This document shows, piece after piece, positions 30,994-43,784 of a stretch of 64,000 nt of DNA. The notes beneath the pieces were generated by a model that did not search any database, was not told the DNA's origin, and was given only the letters and a program-made list of their open reading frames with translations. Made by a program: the position numbers and the translations under genes. Each line of letters begins with the position of its first letter. Positions within the stretch are counted from its first letter, which is position 1. Source of the DNA: an uncultured Chlamydiae bacterium (lineage in GTDB: Bacteria; Chlamydiota; Chlamydiia; Chlamydiales; Parachlamydiaceae); the NCBI GenBank assembly GCA_963830365.1, contig CAWHMU010000041.1, forward strand, positions 32,001 through 96,000, given 5' to 3'.

Positions 30994-32808
30994 ATGACGA
31001 CTCCACGCATTCTGGCATCCCAACTTCAAGATCACATCGGACAACAGGTCCGCCTGCGCGGCTGGCTTAACAATATCCGCAGCATGGGCAAGCTCAACTT
31101 TCTCATTTTGCGCGACCGCTCAGGGCTGATTCAAGTCGTGGTGGAATCCAAAGATGAATTGCGCAAAGTCTCGCCACTGCAGCCGGGTGCGATTTTATCC
31201 ATCAGCGGCAAAGTTGTCGCCACCACCCAGGCCGGCGGCGGTGTGGAAGTCGTTGAGCCTACCATCACTGTCGAAGTGGCCGTCAAGGAAGTAGCGCCGA
31301 TAGAATTCTATAAACCTGAAATGGCCAATGATCTAGAATTTATCCTGGATCACCGTCCCATAGCCTTGCGCAATCGCGAGCTGCAGGCTGTTTTCAAGAT
31401 CCAGGCCGAAATCGCACATGCCTACCGTCTTTTTATGCACGATCAAGTGAGGGCGGTGGAGTATTTTGCCCCGAACCTCATCGGCGCTTCCTCTGAAGGG
31501 GGTTCGGAATTCTTTAATGTCGACTATTTCGGCTACACCGCCACCTTGGCGCAAAGCAGCCAGCTGTATAAACAGATGATGGTGGGCGTCAATGAGCGCG
31601 TGTTTGCACTGATGCCTTTTTTCAGGGCTGAAAATTCCAACACGCCACGCCACCTCACTGAAGGCAAGCAGCTGGAATTTGAAATGGGTTTCTTCGACTC
31701 GTGGCATGAAATCATGGATATCCAGGAAAATGCCGTCAAATTCATCATCACCTATCTTCATCAACAATGCCGTGCTGAGATTGAATTGCTAGACAACAAG
31801 ATCATCAAAGCGCCGGCCGATGTGCCCTTCCCCCGCCTGACATTTGCCGAAGCGCAAGAGCTGTATTTCAAGCGCACAGGCATCGACGAGCGGCATGAGC
31901 CCGATTTGAGCCCCGCAGCTGAAAAGGAGCTTTGCCAGTATGCCTTTGAAGAGTTTGGCACCGATCTTATCTTTGTGACAGATTGGAAGACGATGAAACG
32001 GCCCTTTTATGCCTATCCGATGGATGGGCAGCCCGAACTGACCAATACCTTCGACCTGCTGTGCGCCGGAACCGAAATCACCTCGGGCGGGCAGCGCCGC
32101 CACACCTACGACTCAATGGTCGAAGGCATCATTGCCAAAGGCATGGATCCGAACAATTTCGGCGACTATTTAAGCATCTTCAAATACGGCATGCCGCCGC
32201 ATGGAGGCTTTGGCATGGGACTAGAACGCCTTACCATGACCATATTGAAGCTTAAGAACATCCGCGAAGTGTCGCTCTTCCCGTCCGATCCCAAGCGCAT
32301 TGCCAGTAACCGACTGCGCGCCAAGATTTTCTTTGGCGGCGAAAACATCCGCAATGAGATCATCCGCCTGCTGCGCCAGCAAAGTATCGAATATAAACAT
32401 TTGTCTCATGCTGAGACAAATACCAGCCTGGATTCGGCCAATGTGCGCAGCACCCTGATGGAAGAAGGCGTAAAGTCTATCGTCCTGCGCGGCAAGAACA
32501 CCAAAAAAAACTACCACTTTAATATCCCTTCCCACTTGAAATTGGATATGAAGGCCGTGGCAGATGCTGTCGGGGAGAAATGCGAGTTTGAAGATCCAAA
32601 AGTCATCGAAGATCGCTTCGGTTTGATTGTCGGCGGAGTGCCGCCCTTCGGACAGTTGTTGAATCTCGATACCTATTTCGATAGCAAAGTGCTGGCTAAC
32701 GAACAGTCGGCCTTCAATTGCGGCATGAAGACAGAATCTATCGTCATGAAATCCAAAGATTTAGTCGCCGTGGTACAACCCAAACTGGGTGATTTCAGTA
32801 AAGAATAA
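30994..32808 (+). CDS. aspS: Non-discriminating (archaeal-like) aspartate--tRNA ligase fused to a C-terminal YbaK/ProX-like domain
   Basis: LRDRSG, SEGG, LAQSSQLYKQ, FRAE.S.T.RHL.E, GMPPHGGFGMGLERL; then GVKSIVL...GGVPPFG...FNCG. Confidence 0.9.
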   Translation: MTTPRILASQLQDHIGQQVRLRGWLNNIRSMGKLNFLILRDRSGLIQVVVESKDELRKVSPLQPGAILSISGKVVATTQAGGGVEVVEPTITVEVAVKEVAPIEFYKPEMANDLEFILDHRPIALRNRELQAVFKIQAEIAHAYRLFMHDQVRAVEYFAPNLIGASSEGGSEFFNVDYFGYTATLAQSSQLYKQMMVGVNERVFALMPFFRAENSNTPRHLTEGKQLEFEMGFFDSWHEIMDIQENAVKFIITYLHQQCRAEIELLDNKIIKAPADVPFPRLTFAEAQELYFKRTGIDERHEPDLSPAAEKELCQYAFEEFGTDLIFVTDWKTMKRPFYAYPMDGQPELTNTFDLLCAGTEITSGGQRRHTYDSMVEGIIAKGMDPNNFGDYLSIFKYGMPPHGGFGMGLERLTMTILKLKNIREVSLFPSDPKRIASNRLRAKIFFGGENIRNEIIRLLRQQSIEYKHLSHAETNTSLDSANVRSTLMEEGVKSIVLRGKNTKKNYHFNIPSHLKLDMKAVADAVGEKCEFEDPKVIEDRFGLIVGGVPPFGQLLNLDTYFDSKVLANEQSAFNCGMKTESIVMKSKDLVAVVQPKLGDFSKE

Positions 32809-32864
32809 GCGAGAGAATTCACTAGATTTTGTCGTTACATTTGCTTCGCCAGGCTTCTGTGAGT

Positions 32865-33160
32865 CCGATTCAACGCAAAGCACGCAAAGGGAGTAAGCAG
32901 TAAAATCAAAGAACAGCATAGGCTTATCTGATTGCTCTTCTCTGTGTGCTCCGTGCCTCTGTGTTAAATTTATAAAGATAGAGACACGGAGAACACAGAG
33001 AGTTTTTGACCCGTGAAGTGAACAGGAACTAGTGCCTTGGAGTCTGCTTCTTGCTAAGGCTGTATTTATCCTGTCTATCTTGCTAATCCTGTTTTTTGTT
33101 TTTGCTGCTTGTTCTCTTTGCGCCTCTGCGCCTCTTGGCTGTTCCGCTCTGCGTTGATTT
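32865..33160. repeat. Cluster of degenerate REP-like units between aspS and ispH
   Basis: CTCTGTGTGCTCCGTGCCTCTGTG / GAGACACGGAGAACACAGAG, TATCCTGTCTATC, CTTTGCGCCTCTGCGCCTCT. Confidence 0.6.
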
Positions 33161-33290
33161 TTTGTATACAAGCAAGATTGAAAGTTTTTATACTACGACC
33201 CAGTTCGGCAAAATTCTGCGTATTTTTGCTTCCCTCTTTGTTTTCTTTTCATTATGATTAGCCTTTGTTTCAGGATTATGGAGAATTTGG

Positions 33291-34244
33291 ATGAAAAAAT
33301 TACTCTTATCTAAGCCGCGCGGGTTTTGCGCCGGCGTGGACAGAGCCATCGAGACCGTCGAAAAAGCCCTTAAGATATGGGGTGCGCCCATCTACGTCAA
33401 ACATGAAATCGTGCACAACAAATATGTCGTCGACGACCTGAAAGCCAAAGGCGCAATTTTTATCGAAGATCTCAATGATGTGCCCGTTGGCGCGCGACTC
33501 ATCTACTCTGCCCATGGCGTCTCGCCGGTAGTGCGCGAGCACGCCAAACAGCGGCAGCTGATCGAAATCGATGCCACCTGCGGCCTGGTCACACGCGTCC
33601 ATTCGGCCGTCAAACGCTTTGCCGCCCAAGGCTATCAGATCATTTTGATCGGACATCGCCACCATGTAGAAATCATCGGCACCGCCGGTGAAGCTCCTGA
33701 CATGACCACCATCGTGGAATCCGTTGAAGACGTGTCCACGCTGACATTCTCGCAAACGGAAAAACTTTTCTATATCACACAGACAACACTTAGCCTTGAC
33801 GATGTCAAAGATATCACCACAGCGCTTAGCGCCAAATATCCGCAAGTTGAAACGCTGCCCAGCTCGTCGATATGTTATGCGACGACAAATCGGCAGATGG
33901 CGCTTAGGGAAATTACCGATCAGACAGATTTAGTATTGGTTGTAGGCGATGCCCAGAGTTCAAATTCAAACAGGCTGCGCGAAGTGGCCTCCAAACGCGG
34001 CATCGCATCATATCTAATCAATAATGAGAAAGAGATCAACCCTGAGTGGGTAGCTCCTGCCTCAACTATCGGTCTGACAGCCGGCGCCTCAACGCCTGAA
34101 GCTATCGTACAACGCTGTATAGAGCGCTTGATTGCACTTGGCGTGACAGTGGTGGAAGATGTTGTTTATACAGAGGAAGCTGTCGTTTTCCAGCTGCCCA
34201 AACAAATTTTGAATGCCTCCTTTGGCACAGTGGCTGCAATTTAA
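33291..34244 (+). CDS. ispH: 4-hydroxy-3-methylbut-2-enyl diphosphate reductase
   Basis: PRGFCAGV, IVHN, DATC, ICYATTNRQ, SSNSNRL, TAGASTP. Confidence 0.97.
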   Translation: MKKLLLSKPRGFCAGVDRAIETVEKALKIWGAPIYVKHEIVHNKYVVDDLKAKGAIFIEDLNDVPVGARLIYSAHGVSPVVREHAKQRQLIEIDATCGLVTRVHSAVKRFAAQGYQIILIGHRHHVEIIGTAGEAPDMTTIVESVEDVSTLTFSQTEKLFYITQTTLSLDDVKDITTALSAKYPQVETLPSSSICYATTNRQMALREITDQTDLVLVVGDAQSSNSNRLREVASKRGIASYLINNEKEINPEWVAPASTIGLTAGASTPEAIVQRCIERLIALGVTVVEDVVYTEEAVVFQLPKQILNASFGTVAAI

Positions 34245-34281
34245 GGTGCTAAGTACTAAATAATCGAGTGAAAGGACAAAT

Positions 34282-35250
34282 ATGCGTAAATTTATTCTGT
34301 CGTTATCTGTAGGTGTGCTGGCAAGTGCAGGGTTAATGGCTGCATGGTGCGATAGCAATAGCTGCGCCAACCCTATGGAGTCGCACAAATGGCCGTCGCC
34401 CGTCAACATCGATATCGGTATAGGCTACCGCCAAGATAAATTCGATTGGAGCATTGGCGGTTTTGAGGGCGTGCCGAGTGTTTTATCCGAACTCCAATGG
34501 AAAGACTTACGTATCGTTCAGGTTGATGGCTATGCCAGCTATACCTCTTGCGCCAACTACGCGGTGCGCGTTTCAGGAGACTATGGGAATATCTATCATG
34601 GCAGAAATCGAGATGCCGACTTTCTCGGCAACGACAAAACGCAGCCTTTCTCGATTTCCAGCAACAATGCGGGCAAGGGCGATGTCTATGACATTGAAGC
34701 CGGTGTCGGTTATCGCGTCACTTCGACCTGCGGGCGTTTCATCGCCACGCCTCTAGTCGGGTGGTCCTACCACGGACAAAATCTGCATATGTATGACGGC
34801 AAGCAAGTGTTTGATTTGCTAGCGCCATTGGAAGAAGGTCCTATCACCGGCCTGGACAGCTCCTATAAGACGCGCTGGTTCGGCCCTTGGGTGGGAATGG
34901 ATTTCAGCGTGCGTGTCGAACGCTGCGCCTATGTCTTTGGCAGTTTCGAATGGCATATCGTCAGTTACCGCGGCACCGGACGCTGGAACCTGCGGCAGGA
35001 TATCGTAGGCCCATTCCATCACCAGGCGCATGGCTTCGGCTATATCGCCACTTTGGGCGGCAAATGGGAAATCTGGGACAACTGGTCCATCGGCGTAGCC
35101 GGCTCCTACCGCAATATCAGATCGCGCCATGGCCATGAAAGATTATCTCTGCGCGATCCTGATTTCGGCGAAATTGACGTAAGGCTGCCCTTCAACGGTG
35201 CCAAATGGAAATCTCTTTCCGTTTCCGGCATTGTGGCCTATCGCTTTTAA
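34282..35250 (+). CDS. Outer-membrane beta-barrel protein (omptin-like fold)
   Basis: Signal peptide, SELQWKD, alternating aromatic strands, C-terminal YRF. Confidence 0.75.
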   Translation: MRKFILSLSVGVLASAGLMAAWCDSNSCANPMESHKWPSPVNIDIGIGYRQDKFDWSIGGFEGVPSVLSELQWKDLRIVQVDGYASYTSCANYAVRVSGDYGNIYHGRNRDADFLGNDKTQPFSISSNNAGKGDVYDIEAGVGYRVTSTCGRFIATPLVGWSYHGQNLHMYDGKQVFDLLAPLEEGPITGLDSSYKTRWFGPWVGMDFSVRVERCAYVFGSFEWHIVSYRGTGRWNLRQDIVGPFHHQAHGFGYIATLGGKWEIWDNWSIGVAGSYRNIRSRHGHERLSLRDPDFGEIDVRLPFNGAKWKSLSVSGIVAYRF

Positions 35251-35308
35251 GGTATTTACGTACCGAGAATTTATTTTAAAAGACTGGCGAAAAAGTTCCT
35301 AAAAAGAC

Positions 35309-35338
35309 TTGCTGATCAGTCCCTAAATATGATATTCT
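35309..35338 (+). promoter_or_regulatory. Putative sigma66 promoter of the DUF721-gyrB operon
   Basis: TTGCTG-18 nt-TATTCT with extended -10 TG. Confidence 0.35.
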
Positions 35339-35365
35339 GAATGCTTATTTACGGGGATTTCTCCT

Positions 35366-35704
35366 TTGCGAAAAACAAGCTTGCGCAGGCCTAAGAACTA
35401 TGATGGCACGGGCGTTACTTCCCATAAGGTCAGTGACCTATTGGGAGCCGTGCTGGCAAAGATCAGCAATGTGTATCAGGAGAGGCCGGACCTGCTTTTG
35501 GCGGCTTGGCCGGACATCATCGGGCCCAAGCTTGCGCCGATGACGCAGGCCGTTTCCCTGATTGATGGCGTGCTGACAGTAAAGGTGAAGAATTCCACCC
35601 TGCATAGCCTCTTAAGCCGCCACGATAAGTATCGCATCCTGGCGTCCATTCAACATAGATTTCCTAAGGCTGGTGTCCAAAATATCAATTTCAGGATCGC
35701 TTAG
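35366..35704 (+). CDS. DUF721 / DciA-family protein
   Basis: W.DIIG..LA..T.A....GVL.V.V.NS; directly upstream of gyrB. Confidence 0.8.
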   Translation: MRKTSLRRPKNYDGTGVTSHKVSDLLGAVLAKISNVYQERPDLLLAAWPDIIGPKLAPMTQAVSLIDGVLTVKVKNSTLHSLLSRHDKYRILASIQHRFPKAGVQNINFRIA

Positions 35705-35736
35705 GGTGGATATGAAACAATTATTGACTTTTATGA

Positions 35737-38276
<2,540 letters not shown>

Positions 38277-38287
38277 AAGGAAATAAT

Positions 38288-40912
38288 ATGCATCATACAC
38301 GCCTAACGAGAATCATTGTTTCACGCAACGTCGAAGATGAGATGAAGGAAAGCTATCTTCGCTATTCGATGTCGGTAATCATTGCTCGCGCCTTGCCCGA
38401 TGTGCGCGATGGATTAAAACCCTCGCAAAGACGTATTCTTTTCGCGATGCGCCAGCTGAACCTGTCGCCCGGCGGCAAGCACCGTAAGTGCGCCAAAATT
38501 TCCGGCGATACCTCCGGCGATTACCACCCGCACGGCGAACAGGTGATCTATCCCACCCTGGTGCGTATGGCCCAGCCTTGGGCAATGCGCTATACGCTTG
38601 TCGATGGTCAGGGTAACTTCGGTTCGGTGGATGGCGATCCGCCAGCTGCCATGCGTTATACCGAAGCCCGCTTGACACATGCTGCCATGCATCTGATGGA
38701 AGATCTCGACAAAGACACCGTCGATATGGTTCCCAACTACGACGAAACAAAGAAAGAGCCAACAGTATTTCCAGCCAAATTTCCCAACTTGCTTTGCAAC
38801 GGCTCATCTGGCATCGCTGTGGGTATGGCGACGAATATCCCCCCGCATAATCTGCCGGAACTGATCAAAGCCACAATACTGATTCTGGACAACCGCGACA
38901 CGACGGTTGACGAGATCATGAAGGTGATGCCAGGCCCCGACTTCCCCACTGGCGGTATCATCTGCGGTTATCGCGGCATCAAAGAGGCCTACCATACCGG
39001 ACGCGGCAAGCTCATCCTGCGGGGTGTATTGCGTACCGAGGAGTATGAAAACGAACGGCAGCGCATCGTCATTGATGAGCTTCCCTATAATGTCAATAAA
39101 GCCAATCTCATCAAAGCCATTGCCGATCTGATCAATAGCAAGACGATCACCGGCATCTCCGATCTGCGCGATGAATCGGATAAAGACGGCCTGCGCATTG
39201 TCATCGAGCTTAAGCGCAATGAAATTCCCGAGGTCACCATCAATCAGCTGTATAAATTCACTGATATGGAAGTGACCTTCGGCTGCAATATGCTGGCGCT
39301 GGACAAAGGGCTGCCGCGCATCATGAATATCAAGTATTTCATTACGGCTTGGATCGACCACCGCATCATCGTCGTGCGCCGCCGCGTACGCTTCGAACTC
39401 AATAAAGCCGAAGCTCGTGCGCATGTGCTGGAAGGTTATCTGAAGGCCATCGACCACCTCGATGAGGTGGTGCGTCTCATTCGTGCCAGCAACAACCGCG
39501 ATGAAGCGCGCAAAGAACTGGTCGAACGCTTCCAGTTCACCGAGCGCCAGGCCCATGCCGTCCTCGATCTGCGCCTCTACCAACTGACCGGTCTTGAGCG
39601 CGATAAGATCAACGACGAATACCAAGAGCTGCTGAAAAAGATTGACTACTACCGTGCTGTACTGGCCGATGAATCGATGGTGCGCGATATCATCCGTGAA
39701 GAGCTTGCCGATGTGCTGAAAGGGTATAAAGGCGAACGGCGTACCCAGATTGTGGCTGCCGAAAGCGAAGTCAATATGGAAGATCTGATCGCCAATGAGC
39801 AGGTCATCATCACCATTTCAGAAGACGATTATATCAAGCGCATGCCTATCGACACCTTCAGGGAACAACGCCGCGGCGGCCAAGGGGTCACCGGCATCTC
39901 CATGAAGCGCGAAGACGATGCCATCAAGGGGCTGTATGTAGCTTCGACGCATGACTATCTGCTGATATTCACCAATCTTGGACGCTGCTACTGGCTTAAA
40001 GTATGGCAAATTCCTGAAATCGGCAGAAAATCCAAAGGCAAACCGCTCGTCAATTTACTGGAAGATATCCGCCCCGATGAGAAAATCGCCACCACCCTGC
40101 GCGTGTCTTCGTTCAACGAAGAAGCATGTATCCTCATGGCCACACGCAAAGGCGTGGTCAAGAAGACGTTGCTCAGCGAATTCAGCAATCCTCGCCGTAA
40201 AGGCATATGGGCGCTTGATATCGACGAGGGCGACGAGGTTATGGCCGCCCGCCTGGTAAAACCAACTCAGCAGGTGATGCTATTTACATTCAACGGCATG
40301 GCTGTGCGCTTTGATGAAAACAACGTGCGCCCGATGGGACGCATGGCCCGCGGTGTCAAAGGTGTCACACTGCGCAGCGAAGGCGACTTCATCGTAGGCT
40401 GCGAAGTAGTCAACGGCGATGAGGCCATTCTCGTCGTCTGCGAAAATGGCTTCGGCAAGCGTTCCTATGTGGAAGACTTCCGCCAAACCAATCGCGGCGG
40501 TGTTGGCGTGCGCTCGATCATTACCAGCGAACGCAATGGCAATGTCGTTGGCGCGCTGTGCGTCACGGATAACGACGGCATGGTGATGATCTCCTCATCC
40601 GGCCAGACGGTGCGTATCACCATGCGCGATCTAAGGGTGATGGGACGCAACACGCAAGGTGTGAAATTGGTCAACTTGCGTGAAGGTGACTCCCTCGTTG
40701 CCATCCAGAAGATTGAAGATACTGGCGCAGATGTCGCCGTCTTGCCAAACGGCGAAGTAGCGCATGCTAACGGGGCGACACTACCTGTAGCCGATGCATC
40801 AGCGGCAGATATCTCAGCGGCAGATATCAATGAGACGCCAGCCGACAGCGGCGAAGCTGATAATGAAGAAGGGCTGCAAGAGAGCAATGTGACGGACGAT
40901 GAGCAAGGCTAA
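38288..40912 (+). CDS. gyrA: DNA gyrase subunit A with acidic tail
   Basis: RALPDVRDGLKP, YHPHG, AAMRYTE, QRRGGQG GyrA-box. Confidence 0.97.
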   Translation: MHHTRLTRIIVSRNVEDEMKESYLRYSMSVIIARALPDVRDGLKPSQRRILFAMRQLNLSPGGKHRKCAKISGDTSGDYHPHGEQVIYPTLVRMAQPWAMRYTLVDGQGNFGSVDGDPPAAMRYTEARLTHAAMHLMEDLDKDTVDMVPNYDETKKEPTVFPAKFPNLLCNGSSGIAVGMATNIPPHNLPELIKATILILDNRDTTVDEIMKVMPGPDFPTGGIICGYRGIKEAYHTGRGKLILRGVLRTEEYENERQRIVIDELPYNVNKANLIKAIADLINSKTITGISDLRDESDKDGLRIVIELKRNEIPEVTINQLYKFTDMEVTFGCNMLALDKGLPRIMNIKYFITAWIDHRIIVVRRRVRFELNKAEARAHVLEGYLKAIDHLDEVVRLIRASNNRDEARKELVERFQFTERQAHAVLDLRLYQLTGLERDKINDEYQELLKKIDYYRAVLADESMVRDIIREELADVLKGYKGERRTQIVAAESEVNMEDLIANEQVIITISEDDYIKRMPIDTFREQRRGGQGVTGISMKREDDAIKGLYVASTHDYLLIFTNLGRCYWLKVWQIPEIGRKSKGKPLVNLLEDIRPDEKIATTLRVSSFNEEACILMATRKGVVKKTLLSEFSNPRRKGIWALDIDEGDEVMAARLVKPTQQVMLFTFNGMAVRFDENNVRPMGRMARGVKGVTLRSEGDFIVGCEVVNGDEAILVVCENGFGKRSYVEDFRQTNRGGVGVRSIITSERNGNVVGALCVTDNDGMVMISSSGQTVRITMRDLRVMGRNTQGVKLVNLREGDSLVAIQKIEDTGADVAVLPNGEVAHANGATLPVADASAADISAADINETPADSGEADNEEGLQESNVTDDEQG

Positions 40913-41567
40913 AGCCAGCACCCCTGTGCGATTCATTTCGGTCGAGGGCGGCGAAGGGGCCGGCAAGACAACGCTTATCGGTCATCTGGAAAGAACGCTC
41001 GGCGCGCGCGGCATCACAGTGGTGAAAACGCGCGAGCCGGGTGGCACTGAACTCGGCAATCAAATCCGTGCTTGGCTGCTGACGCGCAGTGCTACGATGA
41101 AAATCGATGCTAAAGCTGAGTTGCTGCTATTTCTTGCCGCTCGTGCCCAGCACATCGAAGAGGTCATCCAGCCGGCGCTTGCCGCCGGCAAAGTCGTGAT
41201 CTGCGATCGTTATAACGATTCCACCATCGCCTATCAAGGCGCTGGCCGCGGCCTTGGTGTTGATTGGGTGCGCAATTTGTGCCTCAATATCTGCGGACAA
41301 GTTGTGCCGGATCTAACCTTTTATCTCGATGTCAATCCCACCACGGGCCTTAATCGCACCCGCAGGGCAACCAAGGAAAATGCCCGGGCTGGCGAAGTCG
41401 ACCGCATCGAAGCCGAAAAAAAAGACTTCCACGAGCGCATTCGCACGGCTTTTGTGCATTTTGCCAAGGCCGAGCCCGAGCGCTTCTGCCTCATCGATGC
41501 CAACCAGCCCCAAAGGCTTGTGATCGACCGGGCAAAGGCTATCCTTGAGATGCACTTCCATGTTTGA
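40899..41567 (+). CDS. tmk: Thymidylate kinase
   Basis: EGGEGAGKTT, TREPGG, CDRY..ST.AYQG. Confidence 0.95.
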   Translation: MSKAKASTPVRFISVEGGEGAGKTTLIGHLERTLGARGITVVKTREPGGTELGNQIRAWLLTRSATMKIDAKAELLLFLAARAQHIEEVIQPALAAGKVVICDRYNDSTIAYQGAGRGLGVDWVRNLCLNICGQVVPDLTFYLDVNPTTGLNRTRRATKENARAGEVDRIEAEKKDFHERIRTAFVHFAKAEPERFCLIDANQPQRLVIDRAKAILEMHFHV

Positions 41568-42657
41568 ACATATCATCGGCAATGAACAGGCAAAAGACTA
41601 TTTGACGCGCACGGCTAAAAAGGGGACCGTTGGCAATTCGCTGCTCTTTGCCGGACCTGATGGCATCGGTAAAAGCCTTTTTGCCGAAGCTTTTGCCAAG
41701 CTGCTGATCTGCCAGCACGACCCCCAGCTAATCCATAAGCATAAAATCCAAGCCGGCAACCATCCAGACATCCGCATCTACCGTCCCGAGGGCAAAGTCG
41801 GTATGCACAGCATCGCCGCCATGCGCCAATTCAGCGAAGATGTCTACCTCGCCCCATGCGAAAGCAAATGGAAGGTCTTCATCATCCATGATGCCGACCG
41901 CATGCTCAGCTATAGTGCTAATGCCTTGCTGAAGACCTTCGAAGAACCGGCCCAGGATGCCATCATTATCATGCTGTCGAACTCTCCATCAGCCCTGCTG
42001 CCTACAGTCTTTTCCCGCTGCCGCCCCCTATATTTCCAGCCGCTGGCCGAAGACGAAATCACATCGTTCATCATGCAGCGCTGTGCCATTAGTGCTGAAG
42101 AGGCCGGCAAGGTCGCAATGATGGCTCAAGGTTCCATTGGAAAAGCCTTGCGCTTGGTCGGCGATGGCGCAAATCCGCTGCGGGCTGTCGTGTTGGATCT
42201 TTTGGCAAAGCGCGGTCTTGCCAACTACAAGCTGCTGGCAGGAGCGGCGGCGGTTTTAGCCGGTCATATTGAAGGCAGCAAGAAGGAAATCGAAAAGGAT
42301 GCGCGCACCACCCTTTTGCATGGTGCCAAAGAAGATCTCTCGGCCGCCCAGAAGCAAACCCTTGAAAAGGAAGTCGAAGGGGCCGTTGCCATGTATGCCA
42401 CGCAGGAAGCAAGAGCTCTTTTCGATGTCATCTTGGCCTGGTACCGCGATTTGCAGCTATTGCGCGTAAACGGGGACTATAAACACCTCATGCATCGCGA
42501 TTATAGCGAAGCCTGCAAGCAAGCCCTGGAAAGCGGAAACATCCTACCCCTTGAAGCTGTCCAAAAAGCCGTGGCCGAAGCGCGCCTTTCGCTGGAACGC
42601 TCGACTTCGCTGCAGATCTGCTTTGAAAACCTTTTCCTCAAGCTCAATCCCTTGTAG
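41560..42657 (+). CDS. holB: DNA polymerase III delta' subunit
   Basis: LLFAGPDGIGK, HPD, ANALLKTFEEP, SRC; follows tmk. Confidence 0.92.
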   Translation: MFEHIIGNEQAKDYLTRTAKKGTVGNSLLFAGPDGIGKSLFAEAFAKLLICQHDPQLIHKHKIQAGNHPDIRIYRPEGKVGMHSIAAMRQFSEDVYLAPCESKWKVFIIHDADRMLSYSANALLKTFEEPAQDAIIIMLSNSPSALLPTVFSRCRPLYFQPLAEDEITSFIMQRCAISAEEAGKVAMMAQGSIGKALRLVGDGANPLRAVVLDLLAKRGLANYKLLAGAAAVLAGHIEGSKKEIEKDARTTLLHGAKEDLSAAQKQTLEKEVEGAVAMYATQEARALFDVILAWYRDLQLLRVNGDYKHLMHRDYSEACKQALESGNILPLEAVQKAVAEARLSLERSTSLQICFENLFLKLNPL

Positions 42658-42786
42658 TGTGTCCCATTTAGGCCTGTTCTTCAGGGACGTGAAATGACCG
42701 TCCGTTTCGTTCCTTCCACGGAATGACATTTTCTATACAACGGTCCTAAGTTGTCGGATGAAGCAAAAGAATAACAGGATAATAAT

Positions 42787-42900
42787 GGGGTCAGGCTTGG
42801 TGTTTTGGTATTTGTTTGAAAGACGAATACCAGAATACCAAGCCTGACCCCAAATTCTGACCCCAATTTCAATTTCTGAGCCTAATTTTGACCCCAATTT
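42787..42900. repeat. GGGGTCAGGC...GCCTGACCCC hairpin followed by tandem TGACCCCAATT-like units
   Basis: GGGGTCAGGCTTGGT.TT.TGGTATT ... AATACCAGAATACCAAGCCTGACCCC then three further units. Confidence 0.8.
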
Positions 42901-43054
42901 CTAGATCCTGGTATACCCACTATCTGGGCGAAAAGGCGCAAAGAAAGGCAAGGCAATGGGCAAGTTTGTTTGTGCTGCTTGTTCCTTTGCGCATGTAACT
43001 GCAAGGGTGTTCTAATTTTGGGCGTCAATTAGATAGGCATGGTTTTTCTATCCT

Positions 43055-43648
43055 TTAGCTCGAGATTCCTGTGTAGGCTGTATAAGCCAGTGGGATAAAT
43101 GATGCGGCAAAGGTTGCTATTGTGGCAGCACAAGCCAGTTTGCCTGCAATTCCATTCTCTGGAGTGGATTGGTAGATGGCGCAAGCCGCCTTATATCCGG
43201 CTGCAATAAAACCCAATGATCCGGCCACCATCATCGAAGTTGTCGAGCTAAAGACTGTATATGCTAATGGCAGGCACGATGCGGCCAAAGTCGTTGTGGC
43301 GGCAATAGTTTTAATATTTTTAGCGGTTTTGTAGGCTTTATCTATATTCCACCCGTATTTTAACCATAATTTATCGGAGATTTTATTCTCTAATGCCGAG
43401 TGATAGATGCCGCATCCCGCCTTATATCCCAAGACGGCACACCCGACGGATCCGGCTACCATAGCCGATGTCTTGGCGACAGAAGAGACAATCGCAGTCG
43501 TTGTGCCGATAACGGCGCCGGTTAGTCCTTGCCCTTGAGCCAAAAGAGAGGTAGCAAAGACTAAAGTTTCTGCTGTTTTATTTCTAACCAAAGAATTATT
43601 GGACATCAGGTCATTAGCTAACCAAGAGACTGGATTTAAGTTTAACAT
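43055..43648 (-). CDS. Hydrophobic protein with internal duplication
   Basis: MVAGS.G....GYKA.C.IY.S..EN.I..KL and AAS..PLAYT each occur twice; AGGAG RBS. Confidence 0.75.
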   Translation of the reverse strand: MLNLNPVSWLANDLMSNNSLVRNKTAETLVFATSLLAQGQGLTGAVIGTTTAIVSSVAKTSAMVAGSVGCAVLGYKAGCGIYHSALENKISDKLWLKYGWNIDKAYKTAKNIKTIAATTTLAASCLPLAYTVFSSTTSMMVAGSLGFIAAGYKAACAIYQSTPENGIAGKLACAATIATFAASFIPLAYTAYTGISS

Positions 43649-43784
43649 GTTCTCTCCTTTATTATTTACGGTTTATAGTAATTATAATTTAGATGTATTA
43701 GTATTTAATTAAGGTCTTGTAGATTTTCTGTTAAAGAAGTTGGATAATGAAAATCAGGGACAAAGGATAGGATAGGGGGTCTGA

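Noticed and set aside
38379..40887. Long antisense ORFs over gyrA and other housekeeping genes
   Set aside because: They are shadow frames of GC-rich coding sequence with no recognisable motifs.
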